The notes beneath the pieces were generated by a model. That model searched no databases. It saw only the letters and a program-made list of their open reading frames with translations, and was not told the DNA's origin. Below are positions 25,990 to 39,065 of a stretch of 64,000 bases of DNA, piece by piece (within the stretch, counting starts at the first letter, position 1; every line of letters begins with the position of its first letter). Source of the DNA: Dicyema japonicum (taxonomy: Eukaryota > Animalia > Dicyemida); NCBI GenBank assembly GCA_011109175.1, contig RDEW01000013.1, positions 1,195,096 through 1,259,095 on the forward strand. The letters run 5' to 3'. Position numbers and translations under genes: made by a program.

Positions 25990-28650
25990 CTTGAGCAGAG
26001 ATTTGACTCAGGATTCTATAAGACTTGGAAAGTCAACAATTTTAGTTAATTTTCAGAGGAGGTTAAGGAAATCTGCAAAAACGCAAAAATTGACCTTGGA
26101 AAAGTATGAGTTGCTAGGAAAACTGGAAATAGCTGAAAGTGAGGGAATATCTTCAAAGTTAGTAATTTTACTCATAAAGTACCTATTTGAACGGTACGAG
26201 ACTGAGACGACAAGCCTTAGAAGTCAAGTTGAATATCTGCAGACTGAATTGCATAAAATGAACAGTGAGGTGTTGTCCTCTAGGCAGCAGTACGTAGTTC
26301 TTTGTATTACTGTAGAATGTCAACTCCATGCACGTGAAGATTGAACTGGACGAACAGAAAAACCTTAGTCATTAGTTTTTGTTTTAATAATTTGGTTAGC
26401 ATTGTTAGAGTCATGTTTGTAAGAGTTTTGACTATTTCTTCCAAGAATCTGACTGAGGTGGGTTTACCTATGACTGTAGATTTACGATGAATATTTTAAT
26501 ATTAATGAAGCTTTAATGAGAGAAAGAAGTGAGAATATTTGCATGACAGAGTCTGTGTTGATACTTAGCAGGTTTGTGCTTTAATTCCCTCTTTTACCGA
26601 GCTGTTAATTAACCCTTTAGTCTTGTTATTGACACAAATAATCATAGTAACTCAATCTTGCAGGGCTACTGTAAGGTTGGAGGACGCTTTTCCCTTTTGA
26701 TTTGTAAGAAATTCCTCAATGAGCCACCTCCTTTATCGCTCATACCCATTCCCTTACCTTTTATTAGCCCAAATTTTTTGTCACTTTGTTGTTAATTTTT
26801 TATATCATTTTGATGAATTGCACTTCGTATTTCTTTTTCTTATATAAGCTTATTCTGCTTTTACTTGATTTCCTTAGTTTTATAAATTTAAATCTGTTGA
26901 TAGTTTACTTATGTCTCCCATTGAAGTACTCATCTTCTAATTTCTTAGCGATTTTTTATACTAACTTCTTAGTCTTACTTTAGTTTTATGTGCTTTATTG
27001 CTTATTGAATTCTTTTCCACCTCAAAGTTAATTTGTAGGAAGCTGAGGACAAGGCACTGAGTATTATGAAATTAAAGAGCATAATTAAAGACTACTGCAA
27101 TCCATGAATGAGACTCAAAGAATATGGAATGTTACTTCAAGATATTCTTCTCCAATTCCATCAATTATAGCGAGTAAAGGCTAATGCTGATAAAGTGACT
27201 CAAAAGATCGACAAACTGAAGGCTGAACGTTGACAACTTAAATATCAAAGCAACAATTTGTCACTCCAAGTGCAAATTCTTTTCAAACAAATTCACGAAT
27301 TACGTGGAGGGGAAGTCGTTGAGACATTGACCATTCGGAACTGGTCATAGATTATGTGGAACATTGGTCAAATTAATGTTTGAATGATTTTTATTCAAGA
27401 ATGATCGAGGAATTACAAACCTGAAATCTTCAGTTGCTGTTTACTGTGAGAAGGTATATGAGTGAGGAACAGGGGGGAAACCGAGAAATATGAAGAAATG
27501 CTAAACGAGAGCAGACTGAGGATTGAAGACCTAACCAAATCTAATGAGGAGTTATCCTCACTTAGAGTCCGGGACTCTGACTTGGTATTTCAGTGATTTT
27601 TACTTAAGTTTGATGTGATTTCTTAACAACTTGATCTCTTCCACTCAATGCTTTCAAAATCTAAAAGTGTTCAAAATATGGACTTTTCCGTTCACTCAGT
27701 GAACGAGATTGTTAAAAACACGTTCCTTTCAATTCGGCGCCATGTGGCTAGTTGGTCATAAATTATTTTGTTTCCGATGGCGTCATTGGATATACCTTGC
27801 TGAGGAGACGCCCAATGCCTGGCCGGCATCAAGATAAGCGAATTATTCTCCCCCGGTGGACAATGTCGTTATCTGGAGACAAGTTCTGGAACCCTGGAGC
27901 GAGTCAGAATCTAAGAGTTAGTTTGGCTACCATTGGTCTTTGGAATAATTTTAATTTTTTTTAATTTTACAAGAAAAAGTTGACAGATTGCGAAGTATAA
28001 ACATGGATTTTACGCAAAGTAACGGAGATCTGTCCTCTTGAGTATTATTCTACTATTAAAATAACTTGAATTTTACATTGAGATTAGCCACTATAGAAAA
28101 CGACATAAACTTGTACCAGGCCAATATCGAAGTACTAAGGAGACAATGAAGACAAACGAACACAGAATGTATTGCTAAAAGAAAAAATAGGAAATTGTAC
28201 CGGGTTTTTTTGCTTTATTAATATTGAAAGACATTGGTGATGTAAGAAAGCAGTTTTATGAAAGCAAATTGTCGGTAATTTCTGTCAAAATCGAAAAAGA
28301 CGGCCTTATCAGTGAAAATAATAGACTTTTGTCGAAAAATTGTGCTCTCAGATCAAAACAGAGGGTCTTTAGTTCCATTGCCAACGATATTCTGGCTAGT
28401 CCGCTGTGGAAAAGTAACTGTTATAAACAAGCAGAATTGATTCTGATGATCGTATGTTTGTAGAAAAGCGAGTCCAAGACCTTTCCTTTGCCTTGATTGA
28501 ATCGAAGAATCTCCTATCTAAAATTGACCGGGAAAACACAAAAGGCCATGGTGGTGTTTGGTCTTTATTCCATACAAGGACAGAGGAGCTTGAAAATCAA
28601 CTAGCAGGGGTAGGAAAGTATTTTAAAGAAACAAGTCAACTATGATTTCC
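25990..28650 (+). pseudogene. Decayed coiled-coil-like coding region
   Basis: Several short heptad-rich ORF pieces (25991-26344, about 27060-27550, 28224-28645) broken by stops. Confidence 0.3.
27735..27955 (+). mobile_element. Pseudoknot-containing short repeat, subfamily B copy 1
   Basis: Homologous to 33425-33650 and shares the structured core with subfamily A. Confidence 0.7.
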
Positions 28651-29760
28651 TACCAGAGTGAAGTTTCTGTTAATAAGTGAATCAAACTCCACCCTCTTGC
28701 GAAACTTACATCTCACGCCATCTTTCAAGAACGATGTAGATCGTTTTATGAACATGGACCTTGAAGACCATCGAAGGAGAGCTGAGGTCATCTAATGAGG
28801 ATATATTGAATATATTTTTGACAATAATGGCAACTACAGGTCATTTTGTAGGAATTGGTATTTCTACTTTACGTTCTTAGCTACATAATAGATGAAAACC
28901 CTTTTCTTTTTCCCTTGATATGGACGAGATGACGGAAATCTGAAATTTTGGACAAATTCAGGTGCACGATAATATGGGTACAAATCTTGTTCACCCAAAA
29001 TTGAAAGAACTTAGGGAACCACCAAGAAAAAAAATTTAAATAAACTAATTAGATGATTATTCGATCAACCACGTGGTGCCGTGTGGCTACTTGATTAAAG
29101 ATTTTTGTTTCTTTTGTTCCTTCAGTTTTAGTAGAGTCATGTGATTTACCAGTCATAGGTGTCGCCCAGTAAACTTCCAATATTTCAAATGGAGTACAAT
29201 TGGACTCTTCTAAGTATTCAAAATATCTCATTGATGAGTACCAATAGAACTCCTTTTTTTGTCCAGACAGAAAATTCAATTATAAATTGAGAAATCTTTC
29301 TTAGATTTTTTTAAACTGATTGGTTATAAAATTTTAACAAAATCTGTGACAAAAAATCTTTAATAATTATAACGCTAAATATTAATGCTCCGAATATATT
29401 CCTAAAATAATATCCTTGCGCAGTGACGGTACCATAGTCAATGATAGTTTACTGAGGCGTGGTTAAAGATAAATGAAAACTGCAACCAATTACCGCATGT
29501 TTTTGCTTTGCTGGACAATCCAATTTCTGTAAAATAAAAAAAAAACATACTTCATATTTCATTAACATATATTACGATTAAAGGAAATCATTGTATAGCA
29601 ATCCCTAATTGTCCTTAGCCTAATCTTTGGTCAAATTGATTATCAAAAAGTTCGACGGGAGCATCAATCGACCATTATTATATTGGTGTAGACCGATGAT
29701 ATACGTCATAAAAGTTACCGGCATGAATCTAATCTGTAAACTCAGAAAATATAGCAACAA

Positions 29761-30917
29761 CGTGTCCATTCAAAATGGCCTCCAATAATTTTTTCAGGTT
29801 TTGGATAAGTTCATCAATAAACATCACGAGATTTTAGCGAAACGACATCTTTAGGTAAAAAGTCATCTTTTTTAAATCTTATAAAAATTGATTTTACCAA
29901 GGTCCTCGACATCTTTAGGTAAAAAATCATCTTTTTTAAATCTTATAAAAATTGATTTTGCCAAGGTCCTCGACATCTTTAGGTAAAAAAGTCATCTTTT
30001 TTAAATCTTATAAAAATTGATTTTACCAAGGTCCTCGACATCTTTAGGTAAAAAATCATCTTTTTTAAATCTTATAAAAATTGATTTTGCAAGGTCCTCG
30101 ACATCTTTAGGTAAAAAAAGTCATCTTTTTTTAAATCTTATAAAAATTGATTTTAACGGGTCCTATGGGTAAGTGGAACATTTTACCAAGGACCATATCT
30201 CAATTGGAGGCTGGCACAACGTTTTTAGAAGTACATTTGGACACTAAACAAGATTCCAAGAAATTTTGTTAAGAAATTGATAAAAGAAGAAAGCATAATG
30301 ATAAACTTCTTAAGATTACGAAATGGAGAAAAAATTCTTAGAAAAACTAAATATATCGCTTTATCTGAGAATACATTGAGATTTGTTTAAGAACAAATGT
30401 TACTTAACTTGGATCCGATAGAATATATATCAACTAAAATATATTCTATTACATTTATAATTATTTTCTATTTTTCCTTTTGAAAATAAATCTTTCATTT
30501 TAAATTTAAATAAAAATATTTAAAAAAATAAATGTTACCTAAAATGTCGAGGACCTTTAAATGTTCCACTTACCCATAGGACCTTAAAATCAATTTTTAT
30601 AAGATTTCAAAAAGATGACTTTTTTACCTAAAGATGTCGAGGACCTTGGTAAATTGTTCCACTTACCCATAGGACCTGTTAAAATCAATTTTTATAAGAT
30701 TTAAAAAAATGACTTTTTTACCTAAAGATGTCGAGGACCTTGGTAAATTGTTCCACTTACCATAGGACCTTTCTTTTTATAAGATTTAAAAAAGATGACT
30801 TTTTACCTAAAGATGTCGAGGACCTTGGTAAAATATCTCGTGATGTCTATTGATGAACGTATTCAAAACCTGAGAAATTTTATTGGAGGCCATGAATGGA
30901 CCGTTTTGAATGGGAAC
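29761..30917. mobile_element. Foldback-like non-autonomous Mutator derivative with tandem-repeat TIRs
   Basis: Inverted arms of about 400 bp built from 65-66 bp units. Flanking direct repeat agcaacaa at 29753-29760 and 30919-30926. The spacer encodes GGWHNVF, like the MULE 'EGWHN' motif. Confidence 0.8.
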
Positions 30918-31272
30918 CAGCAACAATCTTTTCAGACAAACTTTGATCGTTCGAAGCTTCAATAGAATCAATCATTAAGTTGCACAAAGCATTGCAGATG
31001 GTATTATAGATAGTGACAATAATCTGGATAAATGTTTTCCCTTTCAAAATTACTCAAAAAATACATTAAATAATTAACCAACCTAGTATTCTAAACAAGA
31101 GGTCGAATTTTCTTGAATTTTGTTAGATTTCCAATAACATTAAAAACTGGTAATAAAATACAATTATTTCCTTAAATTTTTCAAAAAAAATCTTGAATCA
31201 ATCAATCCCGTAAAATTCGACAAAGTAACACTTTTGAGGTTAATTATCTATCACAAAGAAGAAATCAATTAA

Positions 31273-31595
31273 GCCGCGCGGCGTCATGTGGTGCTGCGTG
31301 GTTAATTGGTTGAAGTTTTTTTGCTTGCTTGTCTGTTTCTCCTCTCTCTTCCTATTAGAGTGGCGTCATGTAATCCACCTGTCTATGTGACGCCCAGTGC
31401 CAGGCCGGCACGAAAAAGGATCATTTGCTCTTCCCCACTCAACTGGAGGGTTTCCACAACTGCATGTAATGGACGTCTTACCTTTTGTGCTGATTCCACA
31501 TGGACTCTGTTTCTGTAGAAGTGGAAACTGGATACACTTAATTAGTTGTCTACTTTAACTTCTTTCTCGGTGTATCCGGGGTTATTAAATTAAAT
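31273..31595 (+). mobile_element. Pseudoknot-containing SINE-like retroposon, subfamily A copy 1
   Basis: High similarity to 41616-41930 and 60117-60437. 3' stem-loop (ggatacac/gtgtatcc) and an AT tail. Confidence 0.75.
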
Positions 31596-31729
31596 CACAA
31601 AAATAAAACAAAGTTATAAGAAGATACCACATAATTCTCCAAGAAAAATTACAAAATGAATCATATATCGATTCTGTTGGCTTTTTAGGCAATTTTTTTC
31701 CTTCGTAAGTTAATTGGATGCGTTGGAAG

Positions 31730-32930
31730 GCTTATTCGTATACTCGTTCCTGTTGCACGAAATGTCTACTTAGGTGAACCCCTTTGATGAAACTCCTTGT
31801 TTTTCGTCTCGGAAGCATGGATGAGGTGATGGACCAATTAGTCATTGGTGACCAGCAGTTCTGAACAAATGAAGTGTAGGTATTGAAGTTCAAATTCCCC
31901 TGCACAAAACTGAAAGATCTCAGAAGATCATCTGTCAAATTCTGCACGTGTATGCTAGTTAATACGACTCTAATAAAGAACTTTTTATTCTCAACGATCA
32001 TTTAACTAATTATTTCTTACTTATCGCCCATACCTTTTCGGTACATCGTCTTCAGTCTCCTCTTCAGTCTCATAAGAATAGTCATCATCGTCCTCATTGT
32101 CAACATTAGAAGTATATTTGACTTTGTTGGAATAGAAGAGGTCATGGTTTTGTCCGCCACTTCACTCCGTTTATCAAATGGGGAATTACGAGCGGATCCA
32201 CTATTTCCATAAAGCGCATTTTCAAAAATCTAAATTTGAGAACGAAAAAACTCTGAAATCATGTTTTGGATCGACAATCTTTAAATTATTGTAGCAGTTC
32301 GACAAATAATCCAAAATGCTAGTGCTGTGAGCCAATTCTATCATTATAAAGTTTTTTCAAAATTTCCTAAAATAGTAAATTCTAAGGCCAACCTGCAAGT
32401 CGCCAATTTTCTTTTTCCTCAAAGTCCAGCAATGTTCGATGAATTTTCGCGGAGGAACTTGAAGATTTCATCTTTACTTCTCGCAGCTTTCGTTCGTACT
32501 AAAATAAAGTCGATCAATACTTTGTCTGTGTCTCCGTATTGAATCGTATTTTCAGTCACCTGATCGGCGAGTTTTCGTTCTTTATTTTTGTTTTTCAAAT
32601 CTTTGTTGATTTGCGACTAAAATCTTTATAAAGCTTGATTACCTTCACTACACTCAAAATCCCCTTATATTTCTGTAACGGATCCACTACCTTTGACTGC
32701 ATTCTCTCTGCCTATGGATTAGATCCTTCAATGAACCTGAGTTGTTCTGTAATCTTGAATTGAAGCTAAGTTTTCGGCGAATTTTTCATAGGCAGCTTTT
32801 TCGGAGGGATTGGAAGCTTCTCCGTTCGAATAGGCGATTAGCTCGCTTACAATTTCGTCACCTTAAAGATAATTTTTATTATTGCCTCGATTCCTTAATT
32901 TCGTTAGCTTTTCAGTGTAAACACTAAGAG
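31730..32930 (-). pseudogene. Decayed coding-like region with an acidic stretch; product unknown
   Basis: ORF pieces with in-frame stops, including NVDNEDDDDYSYETEEETEDD at about 32045-32110. Confidence 0.25.
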
Positions 32931-33159
32931 AAGTACATAATCTCCCAAAATGATTTTCTATTGCAGTGATTCGTCTCTTGGCGAATTTATTTAATATTTC
33001 TCTGCGAACGTTTACATCTAATTTAACCCTTCAATAGTATCTCTGTCCATCTCTAAGACCGTTACTTGGAAACAAAATTTATCATTTATTTTAATAATTT
33101 ATTTATTTAAATATCATTTATTTTAATTATCATTTATTTTATTTTCAGATCGCGTCATG

Positions 33160-33424
33160 TGTTGTTATGTCCTTATCTTTCCATATCTTGGACAAATATG
33201 AGGAAAATTGAGGAAATGCAAAAGAGGGCTTACAGAGTAACCCCTTATGAGATTTGACTCCAGATCACGGGAAATTGGCCCTGAAAATTCAGGCAGCCGT
33301 CCTGTACGTTCATGCGTGGGCACGAAGGAAAAACGACGGGCAAAGATGAGGTCTTTGTTAAAATGCATCGGGATCACGTGATAATTAGTTTTGTTTTACC
33401 GTGGTCTTGGGTTAAATAAAAAAA
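33160..33424 (+). mobile_element. LINE 3'-end fragment inserted in the head of subfamily B copy 2 (related ends at about 10280-10490 and 36470-36570)
   Basis: Shared terminal 'gggatcac...ttagttt...tcttgggttaaataaa'. The B head motif is split at atgtg. Confidence 0.5.
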
Positions 33425-33650
33425 TAAATGTGGCTAGTAGGTCATAAATTATTTTCCTTCTGATGGCGTCATTGGATCCACCTTACTGAGGAGACCCTAA
33501 TGCCTGGTCGGCATCAAGAGGATCCAACAATTCTTCCCCGGGGACAACGTCGTTACCTGGTGACAAATTTTGAAATGCTGGAACGGTCAGGATCGAGGAG
33601 TTAGATAGTTTGGTTACCTTTGGTATTTGAAAATAATTTAATTTTAGTAC
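33425..33650 (+). mobile_element. Pseudoknot-containing short repeat, subfamily B copy 2
   Basis: Perfect 8-bp ttggatcc/ggatccaa helix. Homologous to 27735-27955. Confidence 0.7.
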
Positions 33651-33779
33651 TATTCAGGTGGAAAACAATTAATCTTTTAATCTGCCACAAAATAAATAAG
33701 AAGCTATTAATTTTTACTAGAATAGGAGATTTTTTCCCTGGAAAGATATTTAAAAAAGGATATTCTATGGAACCTTAGA

Positions 33780-34540
33780 GCAGCAAATTGGTCTTGTTTG
33801 AAGAGAACATGTAGGACAAATATCAAAATACAATCTGGTATCATTCATGGTCAATATCATAGGTATATGTTTAGAGAAGTCAAGAGAAATTTTGAAGATG
33901 ATATTCGTCTTATTTTAATGTGGAGTTCTTAGATTGTGACGCTGAGAATTGTCAAAAACAATTTTGCCTGGTGTTTGACGACAACAACAGACTGGCAAAT
34001 GTTTATGAGAGCGGTCTGTACACGAATTAACTACCCGTTAAAATCGAAAATCGGTATTATCTGTTTAATTAACAACAGGTTGTAAAGGAATGATAGAATT
34101 AGACGATAATTTATTTTCTAATTCTGGACGAGTAATGGATTTTTGGAGGAATTTGAAGGGAAACTAAAGATTGTTTTCTCATTGAAATAACGGATCGAAC
34201 GATAGAAACTCTGACAAAAGCGATAATCGGGAATGTGGCAGTTGGTACAACACTCATATCATACGGTTGGCGAGGTTATTTGACCAGCAGTTTCCAAGAT
34301 ATAGGTTTCGTACATATGACGGTCAATCGTCGTTATAACTCTATTACTAGCTCCCTTACAGAACCTATAGAAAGGTTTAATCTCTCTAAAATTATTGCAG
34401 AATATGGGGTAACCGCACGACACAACTTGAACGCTATTTTCCAGAATTCATGTTGAGACAGAGACATTAGAACACCGATTACGAAGCTATATTGCCAGCA
34501 ATAGGGAATTTTAGACCTTAAACAGCCAATTACTGATAAA
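33780..34540 (+). mobile_element. Merlin (IS1595/ISXO2-like) transposase pseudogene
   Basis: WIFGGI*RETKDCFLIEITDRTIETLTKAIIGNVAVGTTLISYGWRGY...GFVHMTVN matches the Merlin DDE pattern. Confidence 0.85.
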
Positions 34541-35239
34541 TAAAAATTTTAAATTTTTATCATTTAAATTTAACTAAAAAAATTATCATTTTGTTCAGGA
34601 AAGTGACGGTCATATACCAAAAATCGTATAGATTAATTTTAGGCTAAGCATAATTTAAATCATTTTGAGCGTATTTTCTCAAAATTAAAAACCAAATTAT
34701 ATTGTGCAACGAACTCTGAAATCGCTGAAATAATACGAAGGTGTGCTTGCTAATCAAAACATCTTTTTTCAGCAAATTCCCGAATACTCCCATAATCGTG
34801 TGTAGGGTTAGGGTTTAATCCATATTATCAAAAACACAAAAATCAATCAAAGTTGTTGAAATAATAAAGATGGAGATCTAACGCAACAAATTTATCTTCT
34901 TGATTACTGATTCTGATTTATGACTAGTGGTATATGACAATTTAATTTTTAGTCGGAAATTCAATTAAATTGTTTTTTGAACTGCATTTTCTGCCTCCGT
35001 TAAAAAACCATCACAAATTTCGAAGATTCTCACAAAAGTTCGAAATTTTAAAACCGAGATTAGATTATAAGTTTTGTTTTCCGTGTACACAAAGTCGACC
35101 TACGAGTATTACTATAAAGTCTTCGATTTCACCTTCTACGATATTCTAACAACCAAACTTTATATATTTTTAATCCTTAATATTTGGAGTCGTGGCTGCT
35201 CTGCTTTGCCTATTTTCGAAAATTCCCTCTAGGTTCCAC

Positions 35240-35470
35240 GCATCTAAGATGCTTTGTCTTGACGAGTGATGCCGTCATCAGTGAATATTACACTGCAGAA
35301 CTGGCTCGTCTATAAAAGACTCACATCGATAAAACGAAAGAAAAAAGTGAAAAGCATTCCTTGGTTCTCCCTCATCGATTAGTTATGATAATTATTCTTT
35401 ACTTAAATAAAGTGTGTGTCCTGCCTGAGAAGAGCTATAGCTAATATCGCTCTGCGTGAAGTGCATTATA
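35240..35470 (+). mobile_element. SINE family C, 5'-degraded copy
   Basis: Body motif ttgacgagtga(t/c)gccgtcatcagtg plus the tail. Confidence 0.75.
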
Positions 35471-35684
35471 AAGTGAATTAAATTAATGAAGGTGAAGCGA
35501 CATTCTTTGATTCCGTAAATGACCAAAAACCAGCCGATCTCCTTGACGGGGATCTCGCATGGGAGGCGTGCTAAGGTTCCGTTTTTGGGTCGTGTCTCAG
35601 AGAGATGACTTGATGGACTACGCACGGGAGGCGTATTAAGGTTCCGTTTTACAATTCTAGTATTTAATATACAAGATAAACTTT

Positions 35685-35895
35685 GGCTTGACGAGTGACG
35701 CCGTCATCAGTGAACACTTCACTGCGGGCCAGATCGTCTATATAGGACATACTCTCAAGAAAAAAAACAAAAAATGAAGAGCATTCTTTGATTCTCCCTC
35801 ATCGATTAGCTATGATAACTGTTCTTTGCTTAAAATGAAGTGTGTCTGCACTTGCATGACTATAAATATTGTGGCTCTCGTGAAAGTGTTAAAAA
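35685..35895 (+). mobile_element. SINE family C, 5'-truncated copy
   Basis: Same body, ending gtggctctcgtgaaagtg. Confidence 0.75.
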
Positions 35896-36769
35896 AGATA
35901 AACTCTCTATTCAACTTATTTTGCATATTTCCAAGAAGAAACCAATATTCCAAAATGTTTGTATTTAACGGAGATCTTCATGAGCGCCGCTGACTATTTG
36001 AACGAATCTTGCTCGCCATCATGAACGAAAATAACCACGCATTCTAGGTTTCTACTGTATGATCCTCGGTTGTTTTTTCTTTTAAAATAAATTTAATTGC
36101 ATTTGAACGTTAAAAGAAAATCTTATGAGAGTTACAGAATAAATCAATGCAGAAAAAATAATTCTGACGCAAGTAAGGTCTACAGACAAAAAAATCTACT
36201 GCTTCTAACTAAAAGCGTTATTTAAGATTTGTCAGAAAAATCGCTCCGTTTGCATTGCTGTCTAAATGATAGTAATAATGCTTTATTAGGTTTCGATACT
36301 TAACGGCTCAGATTTAACCGTCTAAATCGGTTAGCGTTAACTTTCGGTCATACGTTCAACGGCTTTTGAGGATAAATCGATTTTACGCCTTTTTCTCAGC
36401 CTAAACTCATTTAGAACCGGTCACATTAATTATTATTTATTATTATCCTTTTCTTCTTTTACGACCTTGTGTGGACTCATATGAGGAACACCAAGATGAG
36501 TTGAGGACATATTTGAAACGTGTCGGAATCACATAGTTATCTAGTTTAGGTTTTTACTTGTAGTCTTAAAATAAATTCATTCTTAAGCCCGTCATCAGAT
36601 CCGGATGAGTGAAACTCCTTAATCGTCTACATGCATTCCAGATTCAGAGCATATTCAACATATTTTATCGATCTTCCATGTTTTTTTGTGTTTTTGAAAA
36701 AAAGAAAGCTACGATAGTGGTCGTATGATTTTTCTTTGACATAATAACTATAGTCCTTCCAATGTCATG

Positions 36770-36900
36770 CAAGTTTATCAAGAAGCAGCATAAAAGGTAG
36801 AAGAGTTCCATTCCTTACAGTTGTGGGAGCTCCTCCAGTTAAGTGGGGAGAGCAAATGATCCTTTTTGCGAGCCATGACACCTAAGACAGGAGGATCAGA
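36770..36900 (-). repeat. Partial, degenerate subfamily A copy
   Basis: Retains tgatcc/ggatca and cct/agg helices; the P1 3' strand and P4 are lost. Confidence 0.6.
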
Positions 36901-39065
36901 TGACACTATTATATAAGAAAAGGGAAATGAAAATTATTTACGTTAAATATCTATTTTCACACTTTATTTTTAAAGAAGCAACATTAAAAATATTATATTT
37001 AATATTAATTTTGACATTTTTGAAAATTTCTAAGTATAGACCGTCAGTGCTTTATCGAATTACACAAAGTGGTGCTACAATCAATCCTATGTCGTCTTTG
37101 ACTTAAAGTTTTACATCATTGTGAGAATATAATTGTAATGATTCTCTGATATTTTAGTTTAACGTCTCTTAATTTCAGTATTTGGACTCATTATATCCGT
37201 ACGGCAGCATTTTATAGCGCTGTTAGGGTATTGGCGATTTTTGATATTTCAGCTTGACAATGTCGTGGAAAGATATTTTGTGAGGAAAATTAAGAATTAC
37301 AAGACAAATCCCACGCAACTTTTTTATGTCTTCTTCGTTTTAGCTTAAGGTGGTAATTTCTCTAGAGATTATAAATACAAATTTAGAACGCAGCAAACGA
37401 AGAGGCTTTAAATTTATTCTCTTCACCTAACTTTACACTTTGGAAATTTAATAACTCCCGATTCCTGACGTCTTCTGAGTCTGTCACCCTTCCTATGAAA
37501 GGGTTTTCGCCATAAGTGTAAATTTTGTACAATTGAGAGATTTTTATCGCAGATTGTGTATCGATGGGCCATACCAAATTTTTCTGAAATTCGCGTATGC
37601 GTCAGCATAGTCGATATTTCGTGGCATCTTCGACATTACTAAGACTTTTGACATCTATAAAAATTCTTAGCGGTAGAGAAGTTACTAAAAATTTTGGCTC
37701 TGATTTTAATTCCCCACTCTTCACAAAGGGCGTTTCGCCGCATAATCAATCCACCTTGTCGTATTAAAATTGGAAGGAGTTTGAAAGCATCAAATTAATT
37801 CACTATTCAGAAAGTTCATGAAAAATTATCAGCCCAAGAATTTCATAGCCCCAATGCCAAGTGGAGAGATTAAACCAAAGGTTTTTCGAGATGGAGGTTA
37901 GAGGTATTTAATTTTTAGGATTAAGGGCAAAGAACAGAAATTAGCATAATATTAGAAGAGTTTGCCATTATGTGATCATCCCCATAGCTTTTTCTTCCAG
38001 AACCCTACGTGGTCTCTCTATATTCTTATATTACAGACAAATGCTCTTGTAGACAAAATGAATCCACGTTTTCCTAAAAAGTTCTCGAAGGTTGTTGAAT
38101 CCGTCACCGATCAGAAAACCTCCGTAGAAATTTAGTGGTTGTGCGTTGAAAGTCTTTGACTTTCTTTAGATTCATTTTTACCTGTCGGTTGCTTCAATCT
38201 ATTGGTCGTATAAATATAGCATGAGTCTGAATAATTTCTTGTATTTTTCAAGGTCTTAAGTTCATTTTTTGTCGTGACTCTGCTGGCTACTCGAGCGAGA
38301 GGGAATAGCCATACGGTTTGATCTTCCTAACTTAATTAATCGGATAGGCCATTTTGTTTCGCTGTAATCGAGGCTTCTTAGCGAGGCCATACGAGAAAGA
38401 TCAGTTACTTGCTGCTTATTGCTCCGGTCGTCTCAGCAGGAATCGTGCGGAAGGTATATCGGTCTAAGAGTCATCTGTATATCTTTTCTTTATCTCTTTC
38501 TGCTTTCTCTGTAGCGGAAAGTGACAGAGTCAATAGTGATGTGCTTTATCATCCCACGGTATGATGTTTGATTTGTTCCGCGTTTCTTAAAAGGTATATT
38601 TGTTTAAATAAAACGTAGATTTCATGAACTACTCCTTCAAATAAAAGAGTTTGTTAAAGACCACAAAAATCATGCTTTGTTGAACAGTAAAGAGTGGATT
38701 ACCGATTTAGTTTTTTGGATCGATCTATCCTCTCAATTATCCTCGTTAACACACTCTTAACACACTTTCAATGATCTTGGTGGAGGAGATGGAATCGACA
38801 CATTGCATCTCAAAATAACCATTACCCTTCCTCGAACAGAAAGATTGTTGGGTAGGACCGCGTATTTTTTCCGTTTCATCTTCTCGGCCTTCTCAGCGGC
38901 AAAACAGGCTCCACTCTGTAGTAGGTTGCAAGAGGCAAACGTGTCGGTGCAGGCAACGTCCCAGACAAGAGGTTTCCTGCTTCAAAAAAGAAGATTTTCA
39001 TCCCATCTGGTCGTTTCCCGTCCCGCCTAAAGAGAGTGTAGAATCCTTTTTGACATAGGAGTTAC

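Noticed and set aside
29845-30830. CRISPR array
   Set aside because: The units are contiguous with no unique spacers, inverted, eukaryotic in context, and have no cas genes nearby.
31273-31300. Common origin of the subfamily A head and the SINE C tRNA head
   Set aside because: Part of the apparent match comes from the TSD of one SINE C copy. The rest is short and no B box follows.
31415-31430. U3 snoRNA box A or 18S rRNA 3' end (GGATCATTT)
   Set aside because: Only a 9-mer match, explained as the P2 3' strand of the repeat.
36585-36625. Minimal hammerhead (cggatgagtgaaac, or ctgatga on the minus strand)
   Set aside because: The core is mutated with no stem II on the + strand, and no GAAA follows on the minus strand.
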